A stretch of DNA of 64,000 bases, from contig JBAXJR010000006.1 of assembly GCA_037137755.1 (NCBI GenBank), forward strand, positions 1 through 64,000. The letters are read 5' to 3'. The notes under the pieces are model-generated. The model was not told where the DNA came from, ran no database searches, and saw only the letters and a list, made by a program, of their open reading frames with translations. A program made the translations under genes and the position numbers. Every line of letters starts with the position of its first letter. Positions within the stretch are counted from its first letter, which is position 1. The stretch comes from Methanomicrobiales archaeon (GTDB lineage Archaea > Halobacteriota > Methanomicrobia > Methanomicrobiales > Methanospirillaceae). Positions 1 to 8,787 of this stretch are shown here, one piece after another.

Positions 1-2
1 CC

Positions 3-755
3 AACAGCAATGGAGTCCATGCATCCACCTCCGGCCCCTCCAGCGATGGAGTCTATGCACATACCATGGGCTCCACCAGCCATGGCGTCATTGCAGTCAC
101 CAATGGCCCCAACTCATATGGACTGTATGGAGCTACCAGCGGAGACGGCAGCGATGGAGACATTGCAGTCACCACCGGAGCCAACGCCTTTGGACTTGTT
201 GGATATACCTACGGCCCCGGAGCATGGGGAGTCTATGCAAACAGCAACCAATCATACGGATTATATGCCAGTACCAATGTTCCCAATGGGTACGGTATCT
301 ACACTCCCAACTATATCTATGCGAAGGGCACAAAGATTCCCAACTCAGACGTCGCCGAATATATGCCGGTAACTGAGAACGTCACACCCGGTACTGTTAT
401 GGTTATCGGTAAAGGCGGGGTGCTCCATCCATCCTCGATCGCAAACGATACCCATGTAGCAGGGATTGTTTCTACGGAACCGGGAGTCTCGCTCGGTGCT
501 AAAGAGGGCGGGAATCCGGGAGAAGCGATTATTGCGGTTGCCGGCAGGGTGCCATGCAAGGTGGATGCAACCAATGGGCCGATTGAAGAGGGTGATCTTC
601 TGACCACTTCCAATAACCCCGGGTATGCGATGAAAGCAATTCCGAAAATTATTGATGGTCAAGGGTTTTATCCAAATGGAATTGTCCTTGGCAAGGCCAT
701 GGGAGCACTGGAGAGCGGCACTGGGACGATTGAGGTACTGGTCACACTGCAGTGA
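3..755 (+). CDS. C-terminal part of a Gly-rich repeat (beta-helix-like) protein ending in a Peptidase_G2/intramolecular-chaperone-like domain; 5' end lies outside the window
   Basis: Frame is open from base 3. 12-aa repeats (SNGVHASTSGPS/SDGVYAHTMGST/SHGVIAVTNGPN) are followed by DVAEYM...GIVSTEPG...AGRVPCKV...GDLLTTS...GYAMKA...VLGKAM. Confidence 0.75.
   Translation, partial: NSNGVHASTSGPSSDGVYAHTMGSTSHGVIAVTNGPNSYGLYGATSGDGSDGDIAVTTGANAFGLVGYTYGPGAWGVYANSNQSYGLYASTNVPNGYGIYTPNYIYAKGTKIPNSDVAEYMPVTENVTPGTVMVIGKGGVLHPSSIANDTHVAGIVSTEPGVSLGAKEGGNPGEAIIAVAGRVPCKVDATNGPIEEGDLLTTSNNPGYAMKAIPKIIDGQGFYPNGIVLGKAMGALESGTGTIEVLVTLQ
6..242 (+). repeat. Degenerate 36-bp coding tandem repeat (~6.5 units)
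   Basis: Units start at 6, 42, 78, 114, 150, 186 and 222 (e.g. agcaatggagtccatgca / agcgatggagtctatgca / agcgatggagacattgca). Confidence 0.8.
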
Positions 756-1580
756 ATACAATAACCATTATATCTCCTTTTTTATCCCCCTGACCCGGAT
801 TCAAGGCAGCACCGTGGTTTCAATGTTTATACATTGAAAAGTGAATTTAAAAATGGAGTAGAATCTATACTACTCATCTGAAAGCCACAACCTGAAATTA
901 GCCTTACCAGAAACGCTTAGGGTAATAGAAATACACACCAATAATAGTGTAATATTTAAAAAATCACATATCTTTCAAAAATAACATTAAAATTTAAAAA
1001 ACTTGGGCATCATGTATGGAGCATTAAGTGCAAATAAATGTCCGAGTATGTATCATTAAGATCAGCTAAAGGTGAAGGTGTGGAGCCTTAATGCTACATT
1101 ATGCTTAACATGTAAAGTATTATCAAAACAAACATGCCAATATGTTTATATACTTTTAACTTATGATGGTCCATTTTAACAATAAATTGACACGGAATTC
1201 AAGAAAGAGCCAACGGAATAACCCGGATTTATGTTTAAAAAAAATGTAGAAATATGCCGTGACACCACGGCATCTTGATATGATGATACCAGTCAACCGG
1301 ACCATATCAATTTCAGTACATCTTTTGTCTATTTCAGATAATATAAGATTTTCGATGATACGCTGCAGATTTCTCCCGGTACCTGGCATTTTCTTTCACA
1401 ATAAGGTGTTTTACCGGCTGTTCCTGATGCACTGCAGCTGCAATGAGACGGAGAAATGTGGAATCGCGCAGTCAGCCAATCAAGGAATATGAATTAATAT
1501 ATAAGTACGGTAACAATTTACATCAGGAGGGGATATCCCATGGGACGATCAGGGACAAACATACTACAGGATGGAGTGTC

Positions 1581-2942
1581 ATGATATCAGTCCTGTTCGT
1601 TGATGATGAGCCGGCCCTGCTGGAAATCACACGGCTGTACCTTGAGAAATCAGGGTCAATCACAGTAGAAACCTGCCGGTCTGCGCTTGAAGCGCTGGGG
1701 ATATTAAAAAACCGGCAGTTTGATGTCATTGTGTCAGATTACGAGATGCCACTGATGGATGGGATCATGTTCCTCAAGATCCTCCGGGCTGAAGGCAATG
1801 ACACACCATTCCTGATATTCACCGGAAAAGGACGGGAACATGTTGTGATTGAAGCTCTGAATAACGGGGCTGATTATTACCTCCAGAAAGGGGGTGATCC
1901 GAAGGCCCAGTTCACCGAACTGTCCCACATGATCGAACAGGCATTCCAGCGGCGGAATGTTGAGCAGAACCTGCAGGCCTCCGAGAAATTGCTCGTAGAA
2001 ATAATTAATTTCCTGCCTGATGCAACATTTGCGATTGATACCAGCGGGACGGTAATCTCATGGAACAAGGCCATGGAGGAGATGACTGGTGTACAGGCAG
2101 AGGCGATCATGGGAAAGGGAAATCATGAGTATGCACTTCCCTTTTATGGGGCACGACGTCCGATCCTTATTGACCTGATTATCAAACCTGATGAAGAAGC
2201 CAGGCGGAAATTTTACTCGATTATTAAACATGAGGGTGATATGTTGATAGCAGAAACCGAAAAGGCAAGGCCCGGGGGAAAGCCATCGGTTCTCTGGGCA
2301 AAAGCTACCCCCCTATATAATCCTAAAGGTGAGATCGTTGGAGCTATTGAATCGATCAGAGATATCACAGAATTCAGGAAATCCCAAAAACCCGATATGA
2401 TCCCTGTTGAAGTTGCGCCTGAAAAGGCTGTAAATACCCCTGATTCAGCATCACCTGGCATATTTGATCGCATGTTTGGGAAAACGGCGAATTCATGGTA
2501 CCACAAGGGTGTTGACCTTTACTATAAACACGGGAAGTTCCAGGAATCTCTCCAGGCTTTCGACCGGGTACTTGAGATTGAACCTGATCATGTAGGTGCT
2601 TGGAATGGACGAGGTATCTGCCTAAAGGAACTCGGAAGATACGAAGAGGCAATCCAGTGCTTCAATAAAGTTATTGCAATAAATCCCGGCGATGAGGAAG
2701 TCTATTACAACAGGGGTGAAGCACTTGAAAAACTTGGCAAGAACAACGGGGATTTAAAATTATTTGAAGAGGCGATAAAAAGTTTCGATGCAGTGCTGAA
2801 CCTGAATCCTTATCATGTATACGCCTGGAATTACCGCGGCGTCTGCCTCAAGGAACTCGGGAGGTATGAAGAAGCGAAGCGCTGTTTTGATCATGCGCAA
2901 CTCCTAATCCGGCGTGGCCAGAACAAATCGGAAAGAAGGTGA
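1581..2942 (+). CDS. Response regulator receiver + PAS + TPR repeat protein
   Basis: VLFVDDE...VSDYEMP...YLQK receiver domain; PAS (LPDATFAID...WNKAMEEMTG); TPRs (AWNGRGICLKELGRYEEA, AWNYRGVCLKELGRYEEA). Start moved to ATG 1581, which follows ggag. Confidence 0.9.
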   Translation: MISVLFVDDEPALLEITRLYLEKSGSITVETCRSALEALGILKNRQFDVIVSDYEMPLMDGIMFLKILRAEGNDTPFLIFTGKGREHVVIEALNNGADYYLQKGGDPKAQFTELSHMIEQAFQRRNVEQNLQASEKLLVEIINFLPDATFAIDTSGTVISWNKAMEEMTGVQAEAIMGKGNHEYALPFYGARRPILIDLIIKPDEEARRKFYSIIKHEGDMLIAETEKARPGGKPSVLWAKATPLYNPKGEIVGAIESIRDITEFRKSQKPDMIPVEVAPEKAVNTPDSASPGIFDRMFGKTANSWYHKGVDLYYKHGKFQESLQAFDRVLEIEPDHVGAWNGRGICLKELGRYEEAIQCFNKVIAINPGDEEVYYNRGEALEKLGKNNGDLKLFEEAIKSFDAVLNLNPYHVYAWNYRGVCLKELGRYEEAKRCFDHAQLLIRRGQNKSERR

Positions 2943-3202
2943 TAATTTTTTTCTTGTATTTCGATTGGTTATAATTTCATGAACTTTCCACAGGTAATTT
3001 ATATCTGGATATTCGTCATATTCTAGTATCAAGATGAACTGCAGGTACCTGCCTCGTGACAGGATACCGTGACAGGGTAAAATTTATATTGCAAGGTTTA
3101 TTAAAAAACGAATGAATAGGTACGTTTGCATAATCTCTCCTGGAAACCCGGGAAATATGCAATTTTCCCAGGATAATTGAAATTTCCCGATTTAGGTGCA
3201 CC

Positions 3203-5047
3203 ATGAAGATAACCACTGAGCTGGTGGAAAAAAACAGTATCAAACTCTTTCTTATTGGAATCACCACTATCGGGGCAGTTTTATTTGATATTTTTGGCCA
3301 GGTAAACGGAGTATCAATTTTTGCACCGCTCCTTTTCTTCCTACCCATCATCCTTGCCGCGTACTGGTACCCCCAGAAAGGTGTACTGTATGCCGTTGGT
3401 ATCGGGATCCTGCAACTGGTTCTCGTTTCACAATTTACCTACCTGGATCTTGCCCCACTGACATATGCGACTGCTACAGCGAGTTTTTATGTCCTTGTCG
3501 CGGTTTCAGTGGTCGTATCGGCCCTGTCAGGGAACCTGAACGAGCAGGCTGCACGCTACCAGGCTATCTTTAACAGCTCCCAGGCTGGTGTGATCCTGGT
3601 AGCGAAACAGGAAGATGAGCTGGTAATTGAGGAAGTTAATAAAAGTGCGGGTGCAAGCCTTGGGTACCTGCCGAAAGACATTATCGGTATCCCCCTGAAT
3701 TCTGTCTGGGATGATTCCCAGAAGGTCCAGAAAACAATTGACTGTCTGGAAAAGGCGTACCGTATTTCTGATGTTGAATCTTCCTTCAGGACCCGCCAGG
3801 GCATATTATTTCCTGTACTGGTGACTGCAGCACGCCTGCCGGAGCACCACCTGGTCATTACATTCATGGACATAACCTCAATCCGTAAAGCTGAAGAAGG
3901 ATTAAAACGCCGGAATAACCAGCTTACCACGGTAAATGAAGTAATTACCATCACGTCAAATTCGGAGAGTGTTTATGACCTCCTGGAAAGATCGTTTGGG
4001 AGAATAAAAAAACTGCTGCCGATTACTTCCGGGGCAATCTATCTTCTGGATGGAGACCGGCAACTCCTGGAGGCATACTACCGGTCAGGGGAAGAACATT
4101 GTGTCTCATCATTACCCTTGAATATACCGATCGCAACACCACCGTTTAATGATATCGTGGTCCAGGGAAATGCACTTTATACCACATTCTCTTCGTGTGG
4201 AAATGAATCACATAAACACCAGCTGAGTGCAATTATCCCCATCTGTTGCGAATCGAGGGTGATCGGTCTAGTGTGCCTTGTAAGTCCTGGTAATGAGCAA
4301 TTTGCAGAGGATGACCGGGTTGTACTTGAATCCATAGGAAAAGAGATTGGTTGTGCGGTCCTGAAAATCCGGCTTTCCGATAACCTGATCGAGGCAAACA
4401 GGAAGGCCAACCTGTACCTCGATATCCTGGTACACGATATTAACAATGCAAACCTTGCCTCCCTTGGTTATGGTGAGCTGCTGATGGAAATGTTGTCCGG
4501 GAAAGAGAAAGAAGTGGCAGGGAAATTAATCGAAGGTGTTCTGAAAAGTCGTGAAGTCATACGGAACCTTGATACTATTCGCCATATTCAGGAGAGGAAA
4601 TTAGATTTTAAGGCTATTTATCTTGATAACATAATCAAACAGGAAATCCGGCATTACCCTTCGGCATTGATTGACTTCCCTGGGTGCAATACCCTCGTAA
4701 TGGCGGATGACCTGCTTGCAGAAGTCCTTACCAACCTTATTGGGAATAGTGCAAAATTCGGTGGACCCGGTGTGCATATCGCCATTGACGTGCAGGACAT
4801 TCCTGATAACTTTGTAAAAGTCACTATAACTGACGAAGGCCCTGGTGTACCGGATGAACTGAAATCGGTAATATTCGTACGGTTCCAGACCGGGGAGGAA
4901 AAGGGCAGCGGGAAAGGACTGGGCCTTTTTATCTCAAAAACCCTGGTTGAACGGTATGGAGGAAAAATCTGGGTCGAGGACCGTATCAAGGGTGGTTCAA
5001 GCGGTGGAGCCGCATTCGTGTTTACACTGCCAAAAGCAAATCCCTGA
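3203..5047 (+). CDS. Membrane-bound PAS/GAF sensor histidine kinase
   Basis: N-terminal hydrophobic helices, then PAS and GAF; H-box LVHDINN, N-box NLIGNSAKF, G-boxes DEGPGV and GKGLGL. Confidence 0.92.
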   Translation: MKITTELVEKNSIKLFLIGITTIGAVLFDIFGQVNGVSIFAPLLFFLPIILAAYWYPQKGVLYAVGIGILQLVLVSQFTYLDLAPLTYATATASFYVLVAVSVVVSALSGNLNEQAARYQAIFNSSQAGVILVAKQEDELVIEEVNKSAGASLGYLPKDIIGIPLNSVWDDSQKVQKTIDCLEKAYRISDVESSFRTRQGILFPVLVTAARLPEHHLVITFMDITSIRKAEEGLKRRNNQLTTVNEVITITSNSESVYDLLERSFGRIKKLLPITSGAIYLLDGDRQLLEAYYRSGEEHCVSSLPLNIPIATPPFNDIVVQGNALYTTFSSCGNESHKHQLSAIIPICCESRVIGLVCLVSPGNEQFAEDDRVVLESIGKEIGCAVLKIRLSDNLIEANRKANLYLDILVHDINNANLASLGYGELLMEMLSGKEKEVAGKLIEGVLKSREVIRNLDTIRHIQERKLDFKAIYLDNIIKQEIRHYPSALIDFPGCNTLVMADDLLAEVLTNLIGNSAKFGGPGVHIAIDVQDIPDNFVKVTITDEGPGVPDELKSVIFVRFQTGEEKGSGKGLGLFISKTLVERYGGKIWVEDRIKGGSSGGAAFVFTLPKANP

Positions 5048-5159
5048 TTGTACAGTTTTCAATTTACAAATATTCACAGGTGTTTCTTATAAACCCCGAT
5101 TTTTCTTTATTTATAATTTATCCTGCGATTAATCAGGATTACGTGTTCTCTTTGGTTCA

Positions 5160-5936
5160 TCACCATGGGGGGTGGAGAAGCAGGATGATAACCGGCTGGT
5201 GCAGGATATAAATTGCAAGAGAGTGCCTGCCGAGAAATGCGAGTGCCTTTCCTGGAAATTGTGGCAGTTTAAATAAATTTGGGAATTCCGGGAGTGAAAA
5301 ACCTCTCATGCCGCCCGGATAAAGTAATTCCCCCAGATATATTCCAATAAGAACGAGGCCGAACCAGGGAAATATGGGTGTATAATCGACACTGTAAAAG
5401 GACACCGGATGAACTCCAAGTGGGAGAAGGAAAAATGGCCCCCTGACTGACTGGAGAAGGGCACCGACAACGATGAACAGTATACCCCCATATAACGATA
5501 GCACCTTCCGGTGTAAAAAAAAGGGGGCGATAATAATGGAAATTCCGATCAGGTGCAGGATTCCAAAAATAATATAGCCTTCCCCGAGGTACCACCAGGT
5601 TACGATGGTAATAAGGGCTGCAATAAGCAGGATCCCTATCCCTCGTTTCAGGTATTTCATAAAAAAATCCGGTCTGTTCAAGGTCACTTCTGCTCTTGCA
5701 GCACTGACCGTAAACGAAATCCCTACTAATAGCAGGAAAAGAGAAGCCGTTATCATGGCAAAAAGCTTCCAGAATCCGGTTGAAACGTCAACCGGGTAGA
5801 TATTAAAAAAATAGATATCGAAGAGGACATGATAAAGGACCATCATGATGACCGCAAGGCCTCTCATGATGTCTATTTCCACGAACCGCCGTGCAAGATC
5901 TTTTTCTGCCATAGTAACCTGGGTAAGGGTCTTCAT
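5160..5936 (-). CDS. DUF1624 / heparan-alpha-glucosaminide N-acetyltransferase-like membrane protein
   Basis: RRFVEIDIMRGLAV, FGILHLIG, DYTPIFPW and GRHSLAIYILHQP motifs. Confidence 0.85.
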   Translation of the reverse strand: MKTLTQVTMAEKDLARRFVEIDIMRGLAVIMMVLYHVLFDIYFFNIYPVDVSTGFWKLFAMITASLFLLLVGISFTVSAARAEVTLNRPDFFMKYLKRGIGILLIAALITIVTWWYLGEGYIIFGILHLIGISIIIAPFFLHRKVLSLYGGILFIVVGALLQSVRGPFFLLPLGVHPVSFYSVDYTPIFPWFGLVLIGIYLGELLYPGGMRGFSLPEFPNLFKLPQFPGKALAFLGRHSLAIYILHQPVIILLLHPPW

Positions 5937-6113
5937 TAAATGGATTATCTGATCGTTATAAATTGAACAGATTTGATCGATTTCTTTTCTTCACTGTTGA
6001 TGATGATTTTCGCAGACACAAAACTCTATTGATATTTCATTCGCTGCACAAAACAAATAATATAAATACGATTTTTTTGATAGTGAAAACAATTATTAAA
6101 TTAGGGGATTAAA

Positions 6114-6698
6114 ATGACGATTGAAGATCTATTATCCGGGAATGAACAATTTAGGACTGTACAGTTTGAGAAATTTATCGATGTGTATCACGAGCTTGCA
6201 AAAGGGCAGAAACCCCAGGTACTATGGATTGGGTGTTCGGATTCACGATTACAGACAGGGCATATTACTGATTCAATGCCGGGAACCCTGTTTATCCACA
6301 GAAATATCGGGAATATTGCGGCCTTCAATGACTGGAATCTTTCGACCGTGCTTGAGTACGGGATCAAGCATCTTAAAGTCAAGCATATCGTGATCTGCGG
6401 GCATTCCGACTGCGGGGCAATAAAAGCCCTCGATAAGGACCTTGATGATGCCTATATTCCTCACTGGCTCAACAATGCAATGGATGCAAAAAAGCGTGTG
6501 GATGCGAAGATCCCAAAGCCCGTTACGCCAGCAGAATTAAAGGAACGTTCACGGATGATCGAACAGGAGAATGTAAGGCTGCAGATCGAGCATTTAAAAT
6601 CTTATCCCCTTGTCATCAATGCAATAGAAAAAGAGGGTGTCCTGATACACGGTCTTTATTATGATCTGGAGACCGGGTTGCTTACAAAAATTGTATAA
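6114..6698 (+). CDS. Beta-class carbonic anhydrase
   Basis: Zn motifs IGCSDSR and CGHSDCGA; HRNIGN. Confidence 0.95.
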   Translation: MTIEDLLSGNEQFRTVQFEKFIDVYHELAKGQKPQVLWIGCSDSRLQTGHITDSMPGTLFIHRNIGNIAAFNDWNLSTVLEYGIKHLKVKHIVICGHSDCGAIKALDKDLDDAYIPHWLNNAMDAKKRVDAKIPKPVTPAELKERSRMIEQENVRLQIEHLKSYPLVINAIEKEGVLIHGLYYDLETGLLTKIV

Positions 6699-7040
6699 TC
6701 AGGCCTGACACTTTTCAATCTCTTTTTTTATTAAAGGTAGTGAAATCCGCCCGATGGGTGTAATCTTCCCATTCACAAGTATAATTGGGATAGGGGGGAA
6801 GCGTTCTGAAATAATTTTTTCGACATACGGGGGGACTTCATCGTCAATAAGGGTCAGTTTCAAGGATATGGTGTCCCCGTATTCTTTCCGGAGTGTTGTT
6901 TCGAGTACCTCAAATGCCCTGACCAGAGTTCCCATTGGATAACAGTCCGTCAGACCACAACTCCTTTCATCATCACATGGAAAAGGTGAACAGTAGGAGT
7001 CGCGGAGTCCAATCACCTCGATGGTGATACTATTTGCCAT
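6699..7040 (-). CDS. Small Cys-rich hypothetical protein, possibly thioredoxin-like fold
   Basis: CSPFPCDDERSCGLTDC cluster and a C-terminal PIPIILVNGK segment resembling a cis-Pro motif. Confidence 0.7.
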   Translation of the reverse strand: MANSITIEVIGLRDSYCSPFPCDDERSCGLTDCYPMGTLVRAFEVLETTLRKEYGDTISLKLTLIDDEVPPYVEKIISERFPPIPIILVNGKITPIGRISLPLIKKEIEKCQA

Positions 7041-7701
7041 AATAAATCATTGAAGAGGGAGTATTTGATGGTTCATATATCCGCAGTCATATCGAAAAAA
7101 GTTCCAATGATATCGTATCAAGCGCGCATTTACAACAATCACCTGAACGATCACCTTAAAATGAAAATTATCGGACTATTTATAATTTTAACTTATATCT
7201 TCCTGTATTTCAAAAAATTCCTGGTAAGTGACACATATACTAGTTGTTGCCTATAGATACTCACCCGGTCATGAAAATACCTATATATACCCTTTAATGA
7301 GGAATATGCAGGTAAAACGAGGTAATAAAAAATATTTTCCGGGATACATCTTATTGTTGTTATATAAGATATGTATAAATATCAGTCGTGGTTAAATGTA
7401 TAGTCGAAGTTTGCAATACAGGTCCTGGGAGGAACAGGACAATTTTTCATTTCGGCAGCGGAGTTTCATTTAATTATTATTGCACTAGTCAGGTACCGGT
7501 AATCCACACAAAGGAATCTATCAGATCCTTCATCCGTACCATTCAATTACACCCCTCAAAAAAATCCAAAACCCGGAAAAACCGGCTTTATACATTTTTT
7601 TACGTGATTTGTGTACAATTATCCCCTGGGAAAATTTAGAAACCGGGAAAAAAGAGGCGTCAAATTTTTCCCTTCAATGCAATACTATGCCCCGGCCATC
7701 T

Positions 7702-8208
7702 CTACATAAATCTTTCAAACCTGTCTTTTTTAGCTTTACAAACCGGGCAGACCAGGGGGGCTTCATCCCTGGCGCAGAGATAGCCGCAAACCCTGCAGCG
7801 CCAGACCGGGAATGACAGGGATCCTGTCTGGGTTGTATGAATCGTTTTCCTGCTGTTTCTTTCACACCTCGGGGGCCTTCGTTCAGGCACGGACGAAAGG
7901 GACTGTTTATTCGACAGGATAGCATCAGAAACATACAATGCGCAGTAGCAGGCACCATACTGGTCAAGATCCGGGTCCCGGTAATCGCAGGGACATATGA
8001 TATCGAGATCTTCAGCTTTTATTCCCCTTGAGAGGCGGCAGGGACACGCTGGATAGCCATACCGGGCTTCGTTTCTAAGCAATCCACGGACAAGTTTTAT
8101 TGTGAACTCCTTGTCCGGGCCAAGGTGGTAACCGCCATCTCTTGCTTCGCGGTCAAGGAGCTGGTACTTTTTCTCAACGTCCTCTTCACTGATATCCGCC
8201 AGGTTCAT
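7702..8208 (-). CDS. Ferredoxin:thioredoxin reductase catalytic domain fused to a C-terminal rubredoxin (FDR-type ferredoxin:disulfide reductase)
   Basis: CPCR, ICPC and CYC motifs, plus C-terminal CRVC...CPVC. Confidence 0.9.
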   Translation of the reverse strand: MNLADISEEDVEKKYQLLDREARDGGYHLGPDKEFTIKLVRGLLRNEARYGYPACPCRLSRGIKAEDLDIICPCDYRDPDLDQYGACYCALYVSDAILSNKQSLSSVPERRPPRCERNSRKTIHTTQTGSLSFPVWRCRVCGYLCARDEAPLVCPVCKAKKDRFERFM

Positions 8209-8486
8209 ATCCTGAATGCACCCCTGATCTCTTCCTCCCTGAACCCTACTACCACTTTTTTGTCATCGATGATAAGGGTAGGAAACGATCCGGCCGGGTT
8301 ATTTTTCTCAATAAGTGCAATCGCCGCATCAATTTCTTCAGGTGGGAGGAGATCGACATAAACAAAATCAAAGGCTATTCCGAGTTCTTTCAATAATTCC
8401 CTGGTCTTCCCACACCACCCGCACGTTGAGAGTGCAAACAGTACGACCTTTCCTGCATTTTTTCCATCAACATGTTCCATTTTCAT
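8205..8486 (-). CDS. Glutaredoxin/NrdH-like redoxin (methanoredoxin-like)
   Basis: LSTCGWC active site and SFPTLII; overlaps the FDR start by 4 nt. Confidence 0.88.
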   Translation of the reverse strand: MKMEHVDGKNAGKVVLFALSTCGWCGKTRELLKELGIAFDFVYVDLLPPEEIDAAIALIEKNNPAGSFPTLIIDDKKVVVGFREEEIRGAFRI

Positions 8487-8673
8487 AACATTCACCACGC
8501 CATAAGGTGTTCTTGCCAATTAGCATTGATAGAAGTAGTATATAAGGATTCATTGAGTGACTTGTAGTGCAGCTTTCGTGCTCATAGTTTTAAAATCGGA
8601 TTTGTGACCATTTATACCCTCATTATCATGGGATGGGGGTCATTACGGTAACATGCAGTATTGTTCAGATTAC

Positions 8674-8748
8674 TATTCCGGATAATCCCGTGTAAAATAA
8701 GTTCAGCCTGATTACAGGCACCCAAATAGATTGGGATTATCCGAAATA
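8674..8748 (+). promoter_or_regulatory. Inverted repeat / candidate structured leader upstream of the acs operon
   Basis: tattccggataatccc (8674-8689) pairs with gggattatccgaaata (8733-8748) at 15/16 positions; inner hairpin gcctg-atta-caggc (8706-8719). Confidence 0.55.
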
Positions 8749-8787
8749 ATTTACCATATGGCGATGGAATACTTGTAACAGAGGAAA

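Noticed and set aside
6-242. 36-bp periodicity as a possible CRISPR array
   Set aside because: The units are degenerate, contiguous and codon-aligned, with no unique spacers and no cas genes.
10-372. 120-aa Pro/Met-rich repetitive ORF
   Set aside because: It is an alternative frame of the 36-bp coding repeat; the frame continuous with the chaperone-like domain is the credible one.
756-1580. Long AT-rich intergenic region with short ORFs
   Set aside because: I found no convincing protein motif, repeat or origin-box pattern; it is probably regulatory DNA.
7041-7701. AT-rich gap with short ORFs
   Set aside because: The ORFs have no recognisable motif and I found no clear structure.
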